Shown here in pieces: positions 8,250 through 16,301 of a stretch of 20,083 nucleotides of DNA; the first letter of the stretch is position 1, and each line of letters begins with the position of its first letter. The position numbers and the translations under genes are program-made. This DNA comes from an uncultured Bacteroidaceae bacterium (GTDB lineage Bacteria; Bacteroidota; Bacteroidia; Bacteroidales; Bacteroidaceae): the NCBI GenBank assembly GCA_964623295.1, contig CAZUTW010000034.1, positions 1 through 20,083 of the forward strand. The letters are read 5' to 3'. The notes under the pieces were generated by a model. It did not search any database and had not been told where the DNA came from. It saw only the letters and a list, made by a program, of their open reading frames with translations.

Positions 8250-8314
8250 GAACAAAAAAACGTCGGTTGTGTTCTCCGAATGTATCTTTAACGCTTTTTG
8301 TACCGAAATCTTTG

Positions 8315-10204
8315 TTATTTCTCCTGTTTGGGTAAGGTGAACTGACGGATTACGCGTGTAAAGTCGGGTCCGTACTTTTCGCACTTAAACTCACCCACAC
8401 CGCTTATTCTGCTAAATTGTTCTATGGTGATGGGTTTGAAGGTTGCCATGAGATGCAACGTTTTGTCGGAGAAAACCACGTAAGGCGGAAAACCTTGTTG
8501 GTCCGCTATTTGCTTACGGAGTGTACGAAGCGCCTCAAACAGTTCCGGAGACTCCATGCGACTGTCCGCCATAGCGAAGTCGAGCGTCCCCCTCTTGTCG
8601 GCAAAGATGGGCTCCCCGTTGTCCGAAAACCCAATCATGCCGCCCTCCTGTGCAGCTGTGGTTCTCTTGCGCGTGTGTTTCGCCTCCACCTGTTTGTCGC
8701 GGTTGATGGTAACAAGCAGGGCTCGTTGTTTACCAAACAGCACGTTCTTTCCGCTTTCGGTGATGTGTAAGTGATGCAGTTCGTTGTACAATATCTCGAA
8801 GTATCCCAATTGGAGCATCTGCAAGAGATAATCCTGCCAATCGCGTGCCGGTACATCTCGTCCCACTCCAAAAGTCTTCAGCTTATCGAACCCATGAGTG
8901 GTGACGTCCTTGGTGTAGTTGCCACGTAATACATCTACCAACTGATGGGTGCTTATCTTCTCGTTGGCACGGGCGATAGCACTCAACGCTTTTTGTACCA
9001 ATATGGTGCCATCGAACCGTTGTGGCGGATTGCGGCACACATCGCAGTTGCCGCAGTCCTGCTCCATTGTCTCTCCGAAATAGCTCAACAAGATACGTCG
9101 TCGACAGATGTCTGCCTCGGCATATTGCTGCATGCGGTGCAACTTTTCCATGTTCATGTCCTGCTGTCCGCTATCCTCGGCAAACTTCTTCAGGGTTATG
9201 ATATCACCTATATTATAAAAAAGCACCGTATCCGACGGCATGCCATCGCGTCCGGCTCTGCCTATCTCCTGATAGAAACTCTCGATACTCTTGGGCATGT
9301 TATAGTGGATTACCCAACGTACATTTCCCTTGTCGATACCCATACCGAAGGCGATGGTTGCACAAACCACCTGTACTCGGTCGTTGATAAAATCCTCCTG
9401 CGCCAAATCGCGTTCGGTAGGAGAGAGACCGGCATGGTAGACGCACGCATGTATTCCGTTCTTAACCAATACTTCGCAAATGCTCTCCGTATTCTTACGG
9501 CTCAAACAATAGATGATACCGCACTCCCCGGGACGATTCTTTATAAACTTAAGGATGCTCTTATCCTTGTCCTTCTTCTGATATCCACGTTGCACATCCA
9601 AGCTCAGGTTCGGTCGGTCGAACGAGGAGATAAACACCTTCGGGTCCTTCAGTCCCAACTGCTTCACGATATCCTCGCGCGTGATTTTATCTGCCGTGGC
9701 CGTCAGCGCCACTACCGGCACCTGCGGGAAAGTATCTCGCAGAATGGCCAATTGTGTATATTCCGGTCGGAAATCGTGCCCCCACTGCGAGATGCAGTGC
9801 GCTTCGTCGATGGCGAAAAGCGATATGGAAATTTCTTGCAACCAATATCCCATCTCCAGAATCAGACGTTCCGGCGATATGTAGAGCAGTTTGATACGTC
9901 CTTGCACACACGCCAGTTTGATGCGCATGTTCTCCTCCTCGCTGTTGTTGCTGTTGAGAGCTGCAGCCATGATACCATTGGCACGCAGCGTTTCCACTTG
10001 GTCCTTCATGAGGGATATGAGTGGAGAAACTACAATCGTAACTCCCGGCAACAAAAGTGCAGGCACCTGATAACAAAGAGATTTGCCACCTCCCGTCGGC
10101 ATAAGGACTACCGTGTCCTTACCCGATAGGATGTGGCGAATGATGTCTTCTTGGAGCGGCCGAAAGCGGTCGTATCCAAAGTATTTGCGTAGTACGTTAT
10201 ACAC
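8315..10204 (-). CDS. recQ: ATP-dependent DNA helicase RecQ.
   Basis: The N-terminus is [14 protein letters not shown] and Walker A is [16 protein letters not shown], the RecQ-Ct Zn-binding cysteines (CGNCDVC) and a C-terminal HRDC domain are present. The start is GTG, in frame and 9 nt after the GH43 stop, with no upstream Met available. Confidence 0.95.
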   Translation of the reverse strand: MYNVLRKYFGYDRFRPLQEDIIRHILSGKDTVVLMPTGGGKSLCYQVPALLLPGVTIVVSPLISLMKDQVETLRANGIMAAALNSNNSEEENMRIKLACVQGRIKLLYISPERLILEMGYWLQEISISLFAIDEAHCISQWGHDFRPEYTQLAILRDTFPQVPVVALTATADKITREDIVKQLGLKDPKVFISSFDRPNLSLDVQRGYQKKDKDKSILKFIKNRPGECGIIYCLSRKNTESICEVLVKNGIHACVYHAGLSPTERDLAQEDFINDRVQVVCATIAFGMGIDKGNVRWVIHYNMPKSIESFYQEIGRAGRDGMPSDTVLFYNIGDIITLKKFAEDSGQQDMNMEKLHRMQQYAEADICRRRILLSYFGETMEQDCGNCDVCRNPPQRFDGTILVQKALSAIARANEKISTHQLVDVLRGNYTKDVTTHGFDKLKTFGVGRDVPARDWQDYLLQMLQLGYFEILYNELHHLHITESGKNVLFGKQRALLVTINRDKQVEAKHTRKRTTAAQEGGMIGFSDNGEPIFADKRGTLDFAMADSRMESPELFEALRTLRKQIADQQGFPPYVVFSDKTLHLMATFKPITIEQFSRISGVGEFKCEKYGPDFTRVIRQFTLPKQEK

Positions 10205-10213
10205 GTGTTTTCT

Positions 10214-11254
10214 TTACTTCTTTTTCTTTATTTTTACAGCTGCCACGCCTTCGTGGGTAGGAGTTCCGGGTTTGATGGTTCCATCGGCATTCCATTCCAT
10301 CTTGTCGATGCATACCTCACGGTGGATACCGGGGTCACAGCTGCGATCTATATAGTTTTTATTGATGCGGTGGTATACAAAGTACCATTCATCCTTACCC
10401 GGAATCTGGAGTACGGAGTTGTGTGCCGTTCCATAGATTTTCTCCTCGGGACGCTGAAGTAGAATGACCGGCTCCTTTGCCACCGTTATATCGCCGAGTG
10501 GCGTGTTGGAGGTGCCGTAGGCTACGTGGTAGTTGGGAGAACCTGTATCGTCAACGCTCCAAAGGAAGTAGTAGGTGCCGTTGCGGAAGATTACATAAGG
10601 TGCTTCGCGATAAGCATAATCCTGCAGCGTTCCACCTTTGGGAGTCATTATTTTAACGGTTTCTTCCTTTATGGATGTCATATCATCGTTCAGTTCGGCT
10701 CCTGCCATGTAACCGTTGCCCCAGTAGAGGTAGTACTTCTTACTTACCGGGTCTTGGAACACGTCCACGTCAATCTGCTGCCCATGTGTCTGTCCTTCGG
10801 GACGGTGGTTTACAATCGGTTTACCGTAGTCCACAAACGGACCGGTAGGGCTGTCTGCCACTGCCACACCAATAGCCTTACCATGTCCGGCCTCGGCGCT
10901 GAAGTAGAAGTAATATTTGTAGCTACCATCGTCCATCTTCTTCTCTATGATGCAAGGTGCCCAAGCATTGCCCTGACCCCAAGTCACCTGGTTGTATTTA
11001 ACATCCAACATGATACCCTCGTCCTTCCAGTCGGTAAGGTCGCTGCTAGAGAATACATGGAAGTAGTATCCACCCCATCCCGGAGTACCATCGGTTGTGG
11101 AGTAGATGTAAAACTTGCCCGTATTCTCGGAGTACATAACCTCCGGGTCGGCATGAAATCCCGGTAGTATCGGGTTGCCACTCATCTTTACTTTTGCACT
11201 TGCGCCCACTATGGTGCAGGCCGCGAGTACTGTCATAATAGCTTTTCTTATCAT
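10214..11254 (-). CDS. Glycoside hydrolase family 43 protein (beta-xylosidase/arabinanase-like), secreted.
   Basis: A signal peptide is followed by the GH43 N-terminal signature NPILPGFHADPEV, which contains the catalytic Asp. It has a 5-bladed beta-propeller composition, repeated W/Y/G, and is 346 aa. Confidence 0.85.
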   Translation of the reverse strand: MIRKAIMTVLAACTIVGASAKVKMSGNPILPGFHADPEVMYSENTGKFYIYSTTDGTPGWGGYYFHVFSSSDLTDWKDEGIMLDVKYNQVTWGQGNAWAPCIIEKKMDDGSYKYYFYFSAEAGHGKAIGVAVADSPTGPFVDYGKPIVNHRPEGQTHGQQIDVDVFQDPVSKKYYLYWGNGYMAGAELNDDMTSIKEETVKIMTPKGGTLQDYAYREAPYVIFRNGTYYFLWSVDDTGSPNYHVAYGTSNTPLGDITVAKEPVILLQRPEEKIYGTAHNSVLQIPGKDEWYFVYHRINKNYIDRSCDPGIHREVCIDKMEWNADGTIKPGTPTHEGVAAVKIKKKK

Positions 11255-11272
11255 TTTGTTAGGTCTAAAGTT

Positions 11273-12337
11273 TTAAGACAATCCCATGCATTCGCGGTAG
11301 AAGTCGAGTATCTCGTAAATCTCTTCGCGGGTAGCGGTTTGGTTGATGCGGATATCACCGATTCCTCCCAGAAGGGTGAAATTGATGTGTCCGCCACTGT
11401 TTTTCTTATCGTGCGTCATGAACTCGTACAAGCGTTCATACTCCTTACAAGTGAAGGTAAAAGCGCCATAGTTCTCCTTTATAAAATAGACAGTCTGTTG
11501 CAACTTCTCTTTCGGGAAACCGGTACGCAGGGTACTCAGATACAATTCACAAATCATACCCCAAGCCACCGCAAATCCGTGCAGACGAGGACGGTTTTCT
11601 TCGAGCATTAAACTCTCGAAAGCATGTCCTACGGTGTGTCCCAAGTTCAGCGCCTTGCGTATGCCCTTTTCGAGCGGGTCTTGTTCCACAATCTGCTCCT
11701 TCACTTTCACGTTCTCTACTACCATATCCTGCAACTTCTCGTAATCCACGTTCTGCAAATCGAAGGCGATAAGCTGTTTCCAGGTGGGTTCGTTGGAAAT
11801 CAGTCCGTGTTTCAGCATCTCGGCGTATCCGGAGAGAATATTCTCTTGGTCCAGTGTGCGCAGGAACACCGTATTGAGGATGACACATTCCGCAGCGCGG
11901 AACACACCAATCTCGTTCTTGAGTCCATTGAAGTTGATACCCGTCTTACCGCCGACAGCCGCATCGACCATGGAGAGTAGGGTAGTGGGAATGTTGATGT
12001 AAGGGATACCGCGCTTAAAGGTCGATGCCGCAAAACCGCCCAAGTCGGTCACCATACCGCCACCCAAGTTAATCATGAGGGAGTGACGGGTACCACCATT
12101 GTTGCCCAATTGGGTCCACACAGAAGCCAGCGTCTCCAATGTTTTGTGAGTATCGGTAGCTCCTATTACTATATGTATGGCATCCTTCAGACACGGCACT
12201 TTTTCCACCACCGGCCAGCACAATCGGTGTGTCACCTCATCGGTAAGGATAAACAATTTATCGTAGCTACATGCAGAGAGCGCCTCCGCGATGCATTGCT
12301 CCGGATTTCGTGAAACAATTATTTTTTGTTTGCCCAT
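11273..12337 (-). CDS. aroB: 3-dehydroquinate synthase.
   Basis: The NAD-binding motif GGGMVTDLGGFAASTFKRGIPYINIPTTLLSMVDAAVGGKTGINF is present, as are the metal-binding His residues (HTVGHAFE). The ORF track begins at a TTG at 12388. The first ATG at 12335-12337 (MGKQKIIV...) matches the conserved DHQS N-terminus, so I use it as the start. Confidence 0.88.
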   Translation of the reverse strand: MGKQKIIVSRNPEQCIAEALSACSYDKLFILTDEVTHRLCWPVVEKVPCLKDAIHIVIGATDTHKTLETLASVWTQLGNNGGTRHSLMINLGGGMVTDLGGFAASTFKRGIPYINIPTTLLSMVDAAVGGKTGINFNGLKNEIGVFRAAECVILNTVFLRTLDQENILSGYAEMLKHGLISNEPTWKQLIAFDLQNVDYEKLQDMVVENVKVKEQIVEQDPLEKGIRKALNLGHTVGHAFESLMLEENRPRLHGFAVAWGMICELYLSTLRTGFPKEKLQQTVYFIKENYGAFTFTCKEYERLYEFMTHDKKNSGGHINFTLLGGIGDIRINQTATREEIYEILDFYRECMGLS

Positions 12338-12384
12338 TATCTTGTTCTTTGCTATAATTTCTATATTAAAATCCCAATTTGCTG

Positions 12385-12392
12385 ACAAAGAT
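12385..12392 (-). promoter_or_regulatory. -7 box TATCTTTG (minus strand), about 48 bp upstream of the aroB ATG. It is the likely promoter of the aroB-GH43-recQ unit.
   Basis: The plus strand reads CAAAGATA, which is the reverse complement of TAnnTTTG. It is the only such box between aroB and the divergent beta-barrel gene on this strand. Confidence 0.4.
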
Positions 12393-12479
12393 ACGATATT
12401 TATGAGAATAATGTTGTACTTTTGTACGTTTTTTGCGAATTATGGGCAAATATACAGGTCTCCCGTTAAACTTTCGGGG

Positions 12480-12487
12480 TATTTTTG
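12480..12487 (+). promoter_or_regulatory. -7 box TATTTTTG upstream of the beta-barrel gene. An alternative box TACTTTTG lies at 12417-12424.
   Basis: Both match TAnnTTTG. The proximal one gives a leader of about 85 nt and the distal one about 150 nt. Confidence 0.4.
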
Positions 12488-12579
12488 CATCTAAGGAACC
12501 GTAGTGTTTCCATCGCAGGTGGGGCAGTATCCGCAGTTGTTGTGGACAATGAAAATGATAAACAATTAATAAAAGATAG

Positions 12580-15567
12580 ATGAAAAGATTTACGCTGTTG
12601 TGTGTACTCCTGGGGCTGTGGCTGTCGGCGGTAGCACAAAAAGTAACCGTCTCGGGATGGGTACAAGATGCCGAATCCAAGGAGGCGGTGGTGCAGGCTA
12701 CCGTTCAAATATTGAAGGCGGATAGTAGCTTTGTGATGGGCAACGTAACCGACTTGGAGGGTAAGTTCTCCATGAAGGTGAATGCGGGCAATTACATTAT
12801 CAAAACTTCTTATGTAGGATACAAGACTTCCTATAAGAGTATTTCCTTTAAAAGTAAACCTTCTACACTCGATGTTGGTACCATTTCGCTGCACGAGGAT
12901 GCCGTGATGCTGAAGGGGGCTGAGATAACAGCGCGCCGAGCCATGGTGGAGATGAAGGGTGATACCTTCCAGTACAATGCTGCTTCGTTTCGTGTGCCGG
13001 AGGGGTCTACCTTGGAGGCATTGGTGAAGAAACTTCCGGGTGCCGAGGTGAGCGATGATGGTACCATTAAAATAAATGGTAAGGAGGTGAAGAAGATTAT
13101 GATGAACGGAAAGGAGTTCTTCAAGGACGATACGCAATTGGCTATGAAGAACATTCCGACCAACATGATTGAGAAACTGAAGGCTTACGACCAAAAGAGC
13201 GATTTGGCTCGTGTTACGGGTATAGAAGATGGTGAAGAGGAAACCGTGCTCGACCTTTCCGTGAAGAAAGGTATGAACCAAGGATGGTTCGGTCAGTTCG
13301 ACTTTGCCGGAGGTACGGAGAGTCGATATAATGAGAAAATTATGGTGAATCGCTTTACCGACCATTCGCAGATGACGCTTATGGGGTCTATGAACAACGT
13401 GAACGATCAAGGCTTTGGTGCCGGCGGTTCTTGGGGACGTGGCAATAGTAACGGTTTGTTGGCGCGCAAGAATGCAGGTTTCAACTTCAACTACGAGAAT
13501 GGTAAGAAGGAGAACGAGAACGGTCGCTTTAGTATCAATGGTAACGTTCGTATAGACCACACCAATACCGATGCTCTTTCTTTGGTGAACAGTGAGAGTT
13601 TCTATAGCTCTACCACCTCTTCGTATGCTAATCGACACAATCAGAGTTATGCGCGTAACACCAACTTCAATACAAACTATTATTTGGAGTGGGCACCGGA
13701 TACTATGACCAACATCATCTTCCGTCCCTCTTTCTCTCATTCCGAGAGTGATGGTAGTAGCGACAATTTCTCCGTGACTTTTAATCAGAATCCTTATTTA
13801 TATATGACGGATCCGTTGTCGGAATACAAAGCTTATATTTCGGATTCCATCTTAGTGAATAGCAATCACAATTCCTCAATGAACGATGGTAGCAGTAGTA
13901 GCGTCAATGGTGAGTTGCAATTGAACCGTAAGTTGAGTACCAACGGACGCAATATCAACGTGCGTTTTACGGGAGGATACAGCGATAGCAAAAGCAAAAC
14001 GTTCAACACAACGGATATCAACTACTTCCAGCAATCACAAGCGGGAACCAACGGATATACCAATCAGTACAATAACAACCCGTCCATGAATTATAATTAT
14101 TCAACCAGTTTGTCCTATAGCGAGCCTATAGCAAAGGGTATGTACTTGCAATTCCGTTATCGCTACACGTACAAGTTCCAGGATTCGGAACGTGGCATGT
14201 ATTCGCTGGATTCTTTGTTGAACGATGAGTTCCGCGAACGCTATGGATTGGCCATGAACTATACGGCCGAGGATTTGTATCTAGGATATGTTCCGGAGAA
14301 CGAAGTCTTGCTCTATACCAAGAACTTGGAGAATAGTCAGTACGCTAAGTATAATTATTATAACCACGAGGCGCAGGTAACGTATCGTTGGACAAAGGAC
14401 CAGTTACACGTCAATATCGGTGCCGGAATACAACCGCAGAAGACGCACATGATTTACGACAAGGCGGGTAAACACTATGATATTACGCGCAATGTCACCG
14501 ATTTTGCACCGCGTGTGGATATCCGTTATCGTTTCTCCAAGACTTCGGAACTGCGTGTGTGGTACAACGGACGAGCATCACAGCCTTCCATGACCAACTT
14601 GTTGGATGTGGTGGATAACTCCAACCCGTTGAGCATATCGGGTGGTAACCCGGATTTGGATCCGTCGTGGACCAATTCCTTCCGCCTCTTCTCCAATGGC
14701 TACAATGCCGAGTTGCAGCGTGGATGGGTGGTCTTCGGTAACTTCTCCCAGACTTCTCGTAGCATCTCCAATGCGCAGATATATAATCCTACCACGGGTG
14801 GTACCTACTCCAAGCCTATGAACATCAACGGCAACTGGAACGGCTCCGTTATGGTGGGCTTCAATACAGCGTTGGGTAGTGCCAAGAAGTTTAATGTAAG
14901 TACGCACACGGACTTGAACTACACCAACACCGTAGGTTATATGAACACCACGGTAGATGGATTTAGCTACACCGGTTGGGAGAACATCGACTGGTCGGGT
15001 TGCAAGAAAAGTACGACCAAGAACGCCACAATTAGTGAGCGCCTCTCCGGTAATTATCATGAGGGCGTGTTCGACTTTGGCGTAAACGGTAATTTCTCTT
15101 ATCGTCATGCACGCAACAAAGACCAGGCAACAGCCAACTTCGATACCTACACCTTCAATTACGGATGTAACTTGAATCTGAACTTTGATTGTGGATTCAG
15201 CCTCTCTACCGATATCGGCGAGAGCAGTCGTCGAGGATACGAAGACAATAGTATGAACACCAATGAATTGATTTGGAACGCTCAGGTCTCTCAGAGCTTT
15301 TTGAAAGGCAACTTGGTGCTCAGCGCCCAGTGGTATGATATACTGAAACAGCAAAGCAATATCAGTCGTGCTATTTCGGCTACAACTCGTACCGATAGTT
15401 GGAACAATGCCATCAATAGTTATCTTATGTTCCACCTTATATATAAGTTGAACGTCTTTGGAAACAAGGAGGCTCGTGCCGGTATGCGTGGTGGTCCCGG
15501 CTTTGGTGGTCCCGGCTTCGGAGGCCCCGGTGGTCCCGGTGGCGGTCCCGGTGGACGTAGAATGTAA
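12580..15567 (+). CDS. Large outer-membrane beta-barrel protein with an N-terminal carboxypeptidase-regulatory-like domain and a plug-like domain (OMP_b-brl_3/TonB-dependent-receptor-like, non-SusC type).
   Basis: A signal peptide (MKRFTLLCVLLGLWLSAVAQ) is followed by a CarboxypepD_reg-like beta-sandwich (KVTVSGWVQDAESKEAVVQATVQI...GNYIIKTSYVGYK). A plug-like segment follows (GSTLEALVKKLPGAEVSDDGTIKINGKEVKKIMMNGKEF). The remaining ~750 aa is rich in N/Y/S/T/G, consistent with a beta-barrel. The C-terminal tail is GMRGGPGFGGPGFGGPGGPGGGPGGRRM. Confidence 0.75.
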   Translation: MKRFTLLCVLLGLWLSAVAQKVTVSGWVQDAESKEAVVQATVQILKADSSFVMGNVTDLEGKFSMKVNAGNYIIKTSYVGYKTSYKSISFKSKPSTLDVGTISLHEDAVMLKGAEITARRAMVEMKGDTFQYNAASFRVPEGSTLEALVKKLPGAEVSDDGTIKINGKEVKKIMMNGKEFFKDDTQLAMKNIPTNMIEKLKAYDQKSDLARVTGIEDGEEETVLDLSVKKGMNQGWFGQFDFAGGTESRYNEKIMVNRFTDHSQMTLMGSMNNVNDQGFGAGGSWGRGNSNGLLARKNAGFNFNYENGKKENENGRFSINGNVRIDHTNTDALSLVNSESFYSSTTSSYANRHNQSYARNTNFNTNYYLEWAPDTMTNIIFRPSFSHSESDGSSDNFSVTFNQNPYLYMTDPLSEYKAYISDSILVNSNHNSSMNDGSSSSVNGELQLNRKLSTNGRNINVRFTGGYSDSKSKTFNTTDINYFQQSQAGTNGYTNQYNNNPSMNYNYSTSLSYSEPIAKGMYLQFRYRYTYKFQDSERGMYSLDSLLNDEFRERYGLAMNYTAEDLYLGYVPENEVLLYTKNLENSQYAKYNYYNHEAQVTYRWTKDQLHVNIGAGIQPQKTHMIYDKAGKHYDITRNVTDFAPRVDIRYRFSKTSELRVWYNGRASQPSMTNLLDVVDNSNPLSISGGNPDLDPSWTNSFRLFSNGYNAELQRGWVVFGNFSQTSRSISNAQIYNPTTGGTYSKPMNINGNWNGSVMVGFNTALGSAKKFNVSTHTDLNYTNTVGYMNTTVDGFSYTGWENIDWSGCKKSTTKNATISERLSGNYHEGVFDFGVNGNFSYRHARNKDQATANFDTYTFNYGCNLNLNFDCGFSLSTDIGESSRRGYEDNSMNTNELIWNAQVSQSFLKGNLVLSAQWYDILKQQSNISRAISATTRTDSWNNAINSYLMFHLIYKLNVFGNKEARAGMRGGPGFGGPGFGGPGGPGGGPGGRRM
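15488..15557 (+). repeat. Short tandem repeat (GGTGGTCCCGGC-like units) encoding the Gly-Pro-rich C-terminal tail of the beta-barrel protein.
   Basis: Direct reading gives GGTGGTCCCGGCTTT GGTGGTCCCGGCTTC GGAGGCCCCGGT GGTCCCGGT GGCGGTCCCGGT. Confidence 0.7.
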
Positions 15568-15593
15568 CCTCTTTGTCACACAAAAAAAAGTAG

Positions 15594-15601
15594 TACATTT
15601 G
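15594..15601 (+). promoter_or_regulatory. -7 box TACATTTG, 24 bp upstream of the Nim-like gene ATG.
   Basis: It matches TAnnTTTG. The gene therefore has its own promoter in the 57-bp gap after the beta-barrel gene. Confidence 0.5.
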
Positions 15602-15624
15602 CATCAACAAACAAAGAACTGTAT

Positions 15625-16140
15625 ATGAGAAAAGCAAGTCGGGAAATGTCGGCCGAGTGGGCCTATCAAGTGTTTGAGAAAGCACCATACATAACGGTAA
15701 GTATGATTACGGAAACCGGCGAACCCTATGCCACTCCGTTATCTTTGGTACACACCGAAAGGGAACGCTTCTATTTTCACTGTGCCCTGGAAGGAAAGAA
15801 AAACGATATATGGGAGAACCGTCCTATCGTCTGGTTGTCCGCTGTCCGTAAATGCAAACCAACGGTAGGCCCGAAGGATGGAAGCTTTACGTTGGAATAC
15901 GAATCAGCCATGGCTCCGGGTAAAGTCACCCGCGTCACCGACACAGAGGAAAGCATAGCAGCGATGCGTGCCCTCTGCGAACGATTCCTCCCCAACCACA
16001 TGGATCATTTTGATGAAGCCATAGCAAGAAGTCTCAACCGCACCGCCGTCTACCGCATAGACCTCACCGCCCTCCCCACCGGCAAACGCAAACAGTACGG
16101 CCCCAATGGCGAGGAACTAAAATACGGGAAAGAGGCATAG
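15625..16140 (+). CDS. Pyridoxamine 5'-phosphate oxidase-fold (FMN-binding split barrel) protein of the Nim (5-nitroimidazole reductase) family.
   Basis: The protein is 171 aa. The N-terminal pattern is REMSAEWAYQVF...PYITVSMITETGEPYATPLSLVH...RFYFHCALEGKKNDIWENRPIV. This aligns with the Nim consensus (REM..LS.EEA..IL.....VLA...D.G.PYAVPLSYV....IYFHSA..G.K.D.I..NPKV). Downstream similarity (Y.S....G...V.D.EE...A...L...F.P) is also present. Confidence 0.65.
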   Translation: MRKASREMSAEWAYQVFEKAPYITVSMITETGEPYATPLSLVHTERERFYFHCALEGKKNDIWENRPIVWLSAVRKCKPTVGPKDGSFTLEYESAMAPGKVTRVTDTEESIAAMRALCERFLPNHMDHFDEAIARSLNRTAVYRIDLTALPTGKRKQYGPNGEELKYGKEA

Positions 16141-16170
16141 AGCAACAGCTCTATGCTTCTTTCCTTTTTA
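16135..16170. terminator. Intrinsic terminator overlapping the Nim-like stop codon.
   Basis: A 9-bp stem GCATAGAGC / GCTCTATGC carries an AACA loop. It is followed by TTCTTTCCTTTTTA. Confidence 0.75.
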
Positions 16171-16301
16171 TCGTTTGGTACTCAAGTGGATGCTATAGAC
16201 ATATCTCTCCACTGCTCCGGCGTTTTATAGAATAGAATCATGGCAGATTCCTGAACACTAACTTTTTATATAGTTCCCACTAAAATAGATACACGAATCA
16301 T

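Noticed and set aside
8945-10129. 394-aa plus-strand ORF antisense to recQ.
   Set aside because: recQ on the opposite strand has all helicase motifs. This ORF has no recognisable domain and is a typical long antisense frame in GC-balanced DNA.
12338-12388. N-terminal 17-codon extension of aroB from a TTG at 12388 (MSANWDFNIEIIAKNKI...).
   Set aside because: The extension would begin inside the -7 promoter box. The first ATG (12335-12337) gives the conserved DHQS N-terminus MGKQKIIV, so the TTG start is an ORF-caller artefact.
12425-12579. Possible cobalamin or TPP riboswitch in the leader of the TonB-dependent-like beta-barrel gene.
   Set aside because: No B12 box, no CUGAGA/TPP core and no other recognisable riboswitch consensus are present. 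Only a short 4-5 bp hairpin is visible, which is insufficient.
12466-13740. 424-aa minus-strand ORF and the 333-aa ORF at 14578-15579, both antisense to the beta-barrel gene.
   Set aside because: The plus-strand gene has a signal peptide, a CarboxypepD_reg-like domain and a barrel composition. The antisense frames are low-complexity (TGT/AGT-rich). The 12466 ORF would also run across the divergent promoter region.
15488-15557. The GGTGGTCCCGGC tandem repeats considered as a possible CRISPR/mobile-element remnant.
   Set aside because: The units are only 12-15 nt with no spacers, they are in frame inside a CDS, and they encode a Gly-Pro tail. They are a coding microsatellite, not CRISPR or IS sequence.
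16171-16301. 131-bp spacer between the Nim-like terminator and the ABC ATPase stop, containing TAACTTTTTATATAGTT and CTATAG palindromic bits and 11-18 codon mini-ORFs.
   Set aside because: The mini-ORFs are too short and lack context. The palindromes are AT-rich and imperfect. The most likely role is the 3' UTR or terminator region for the convergent genes.
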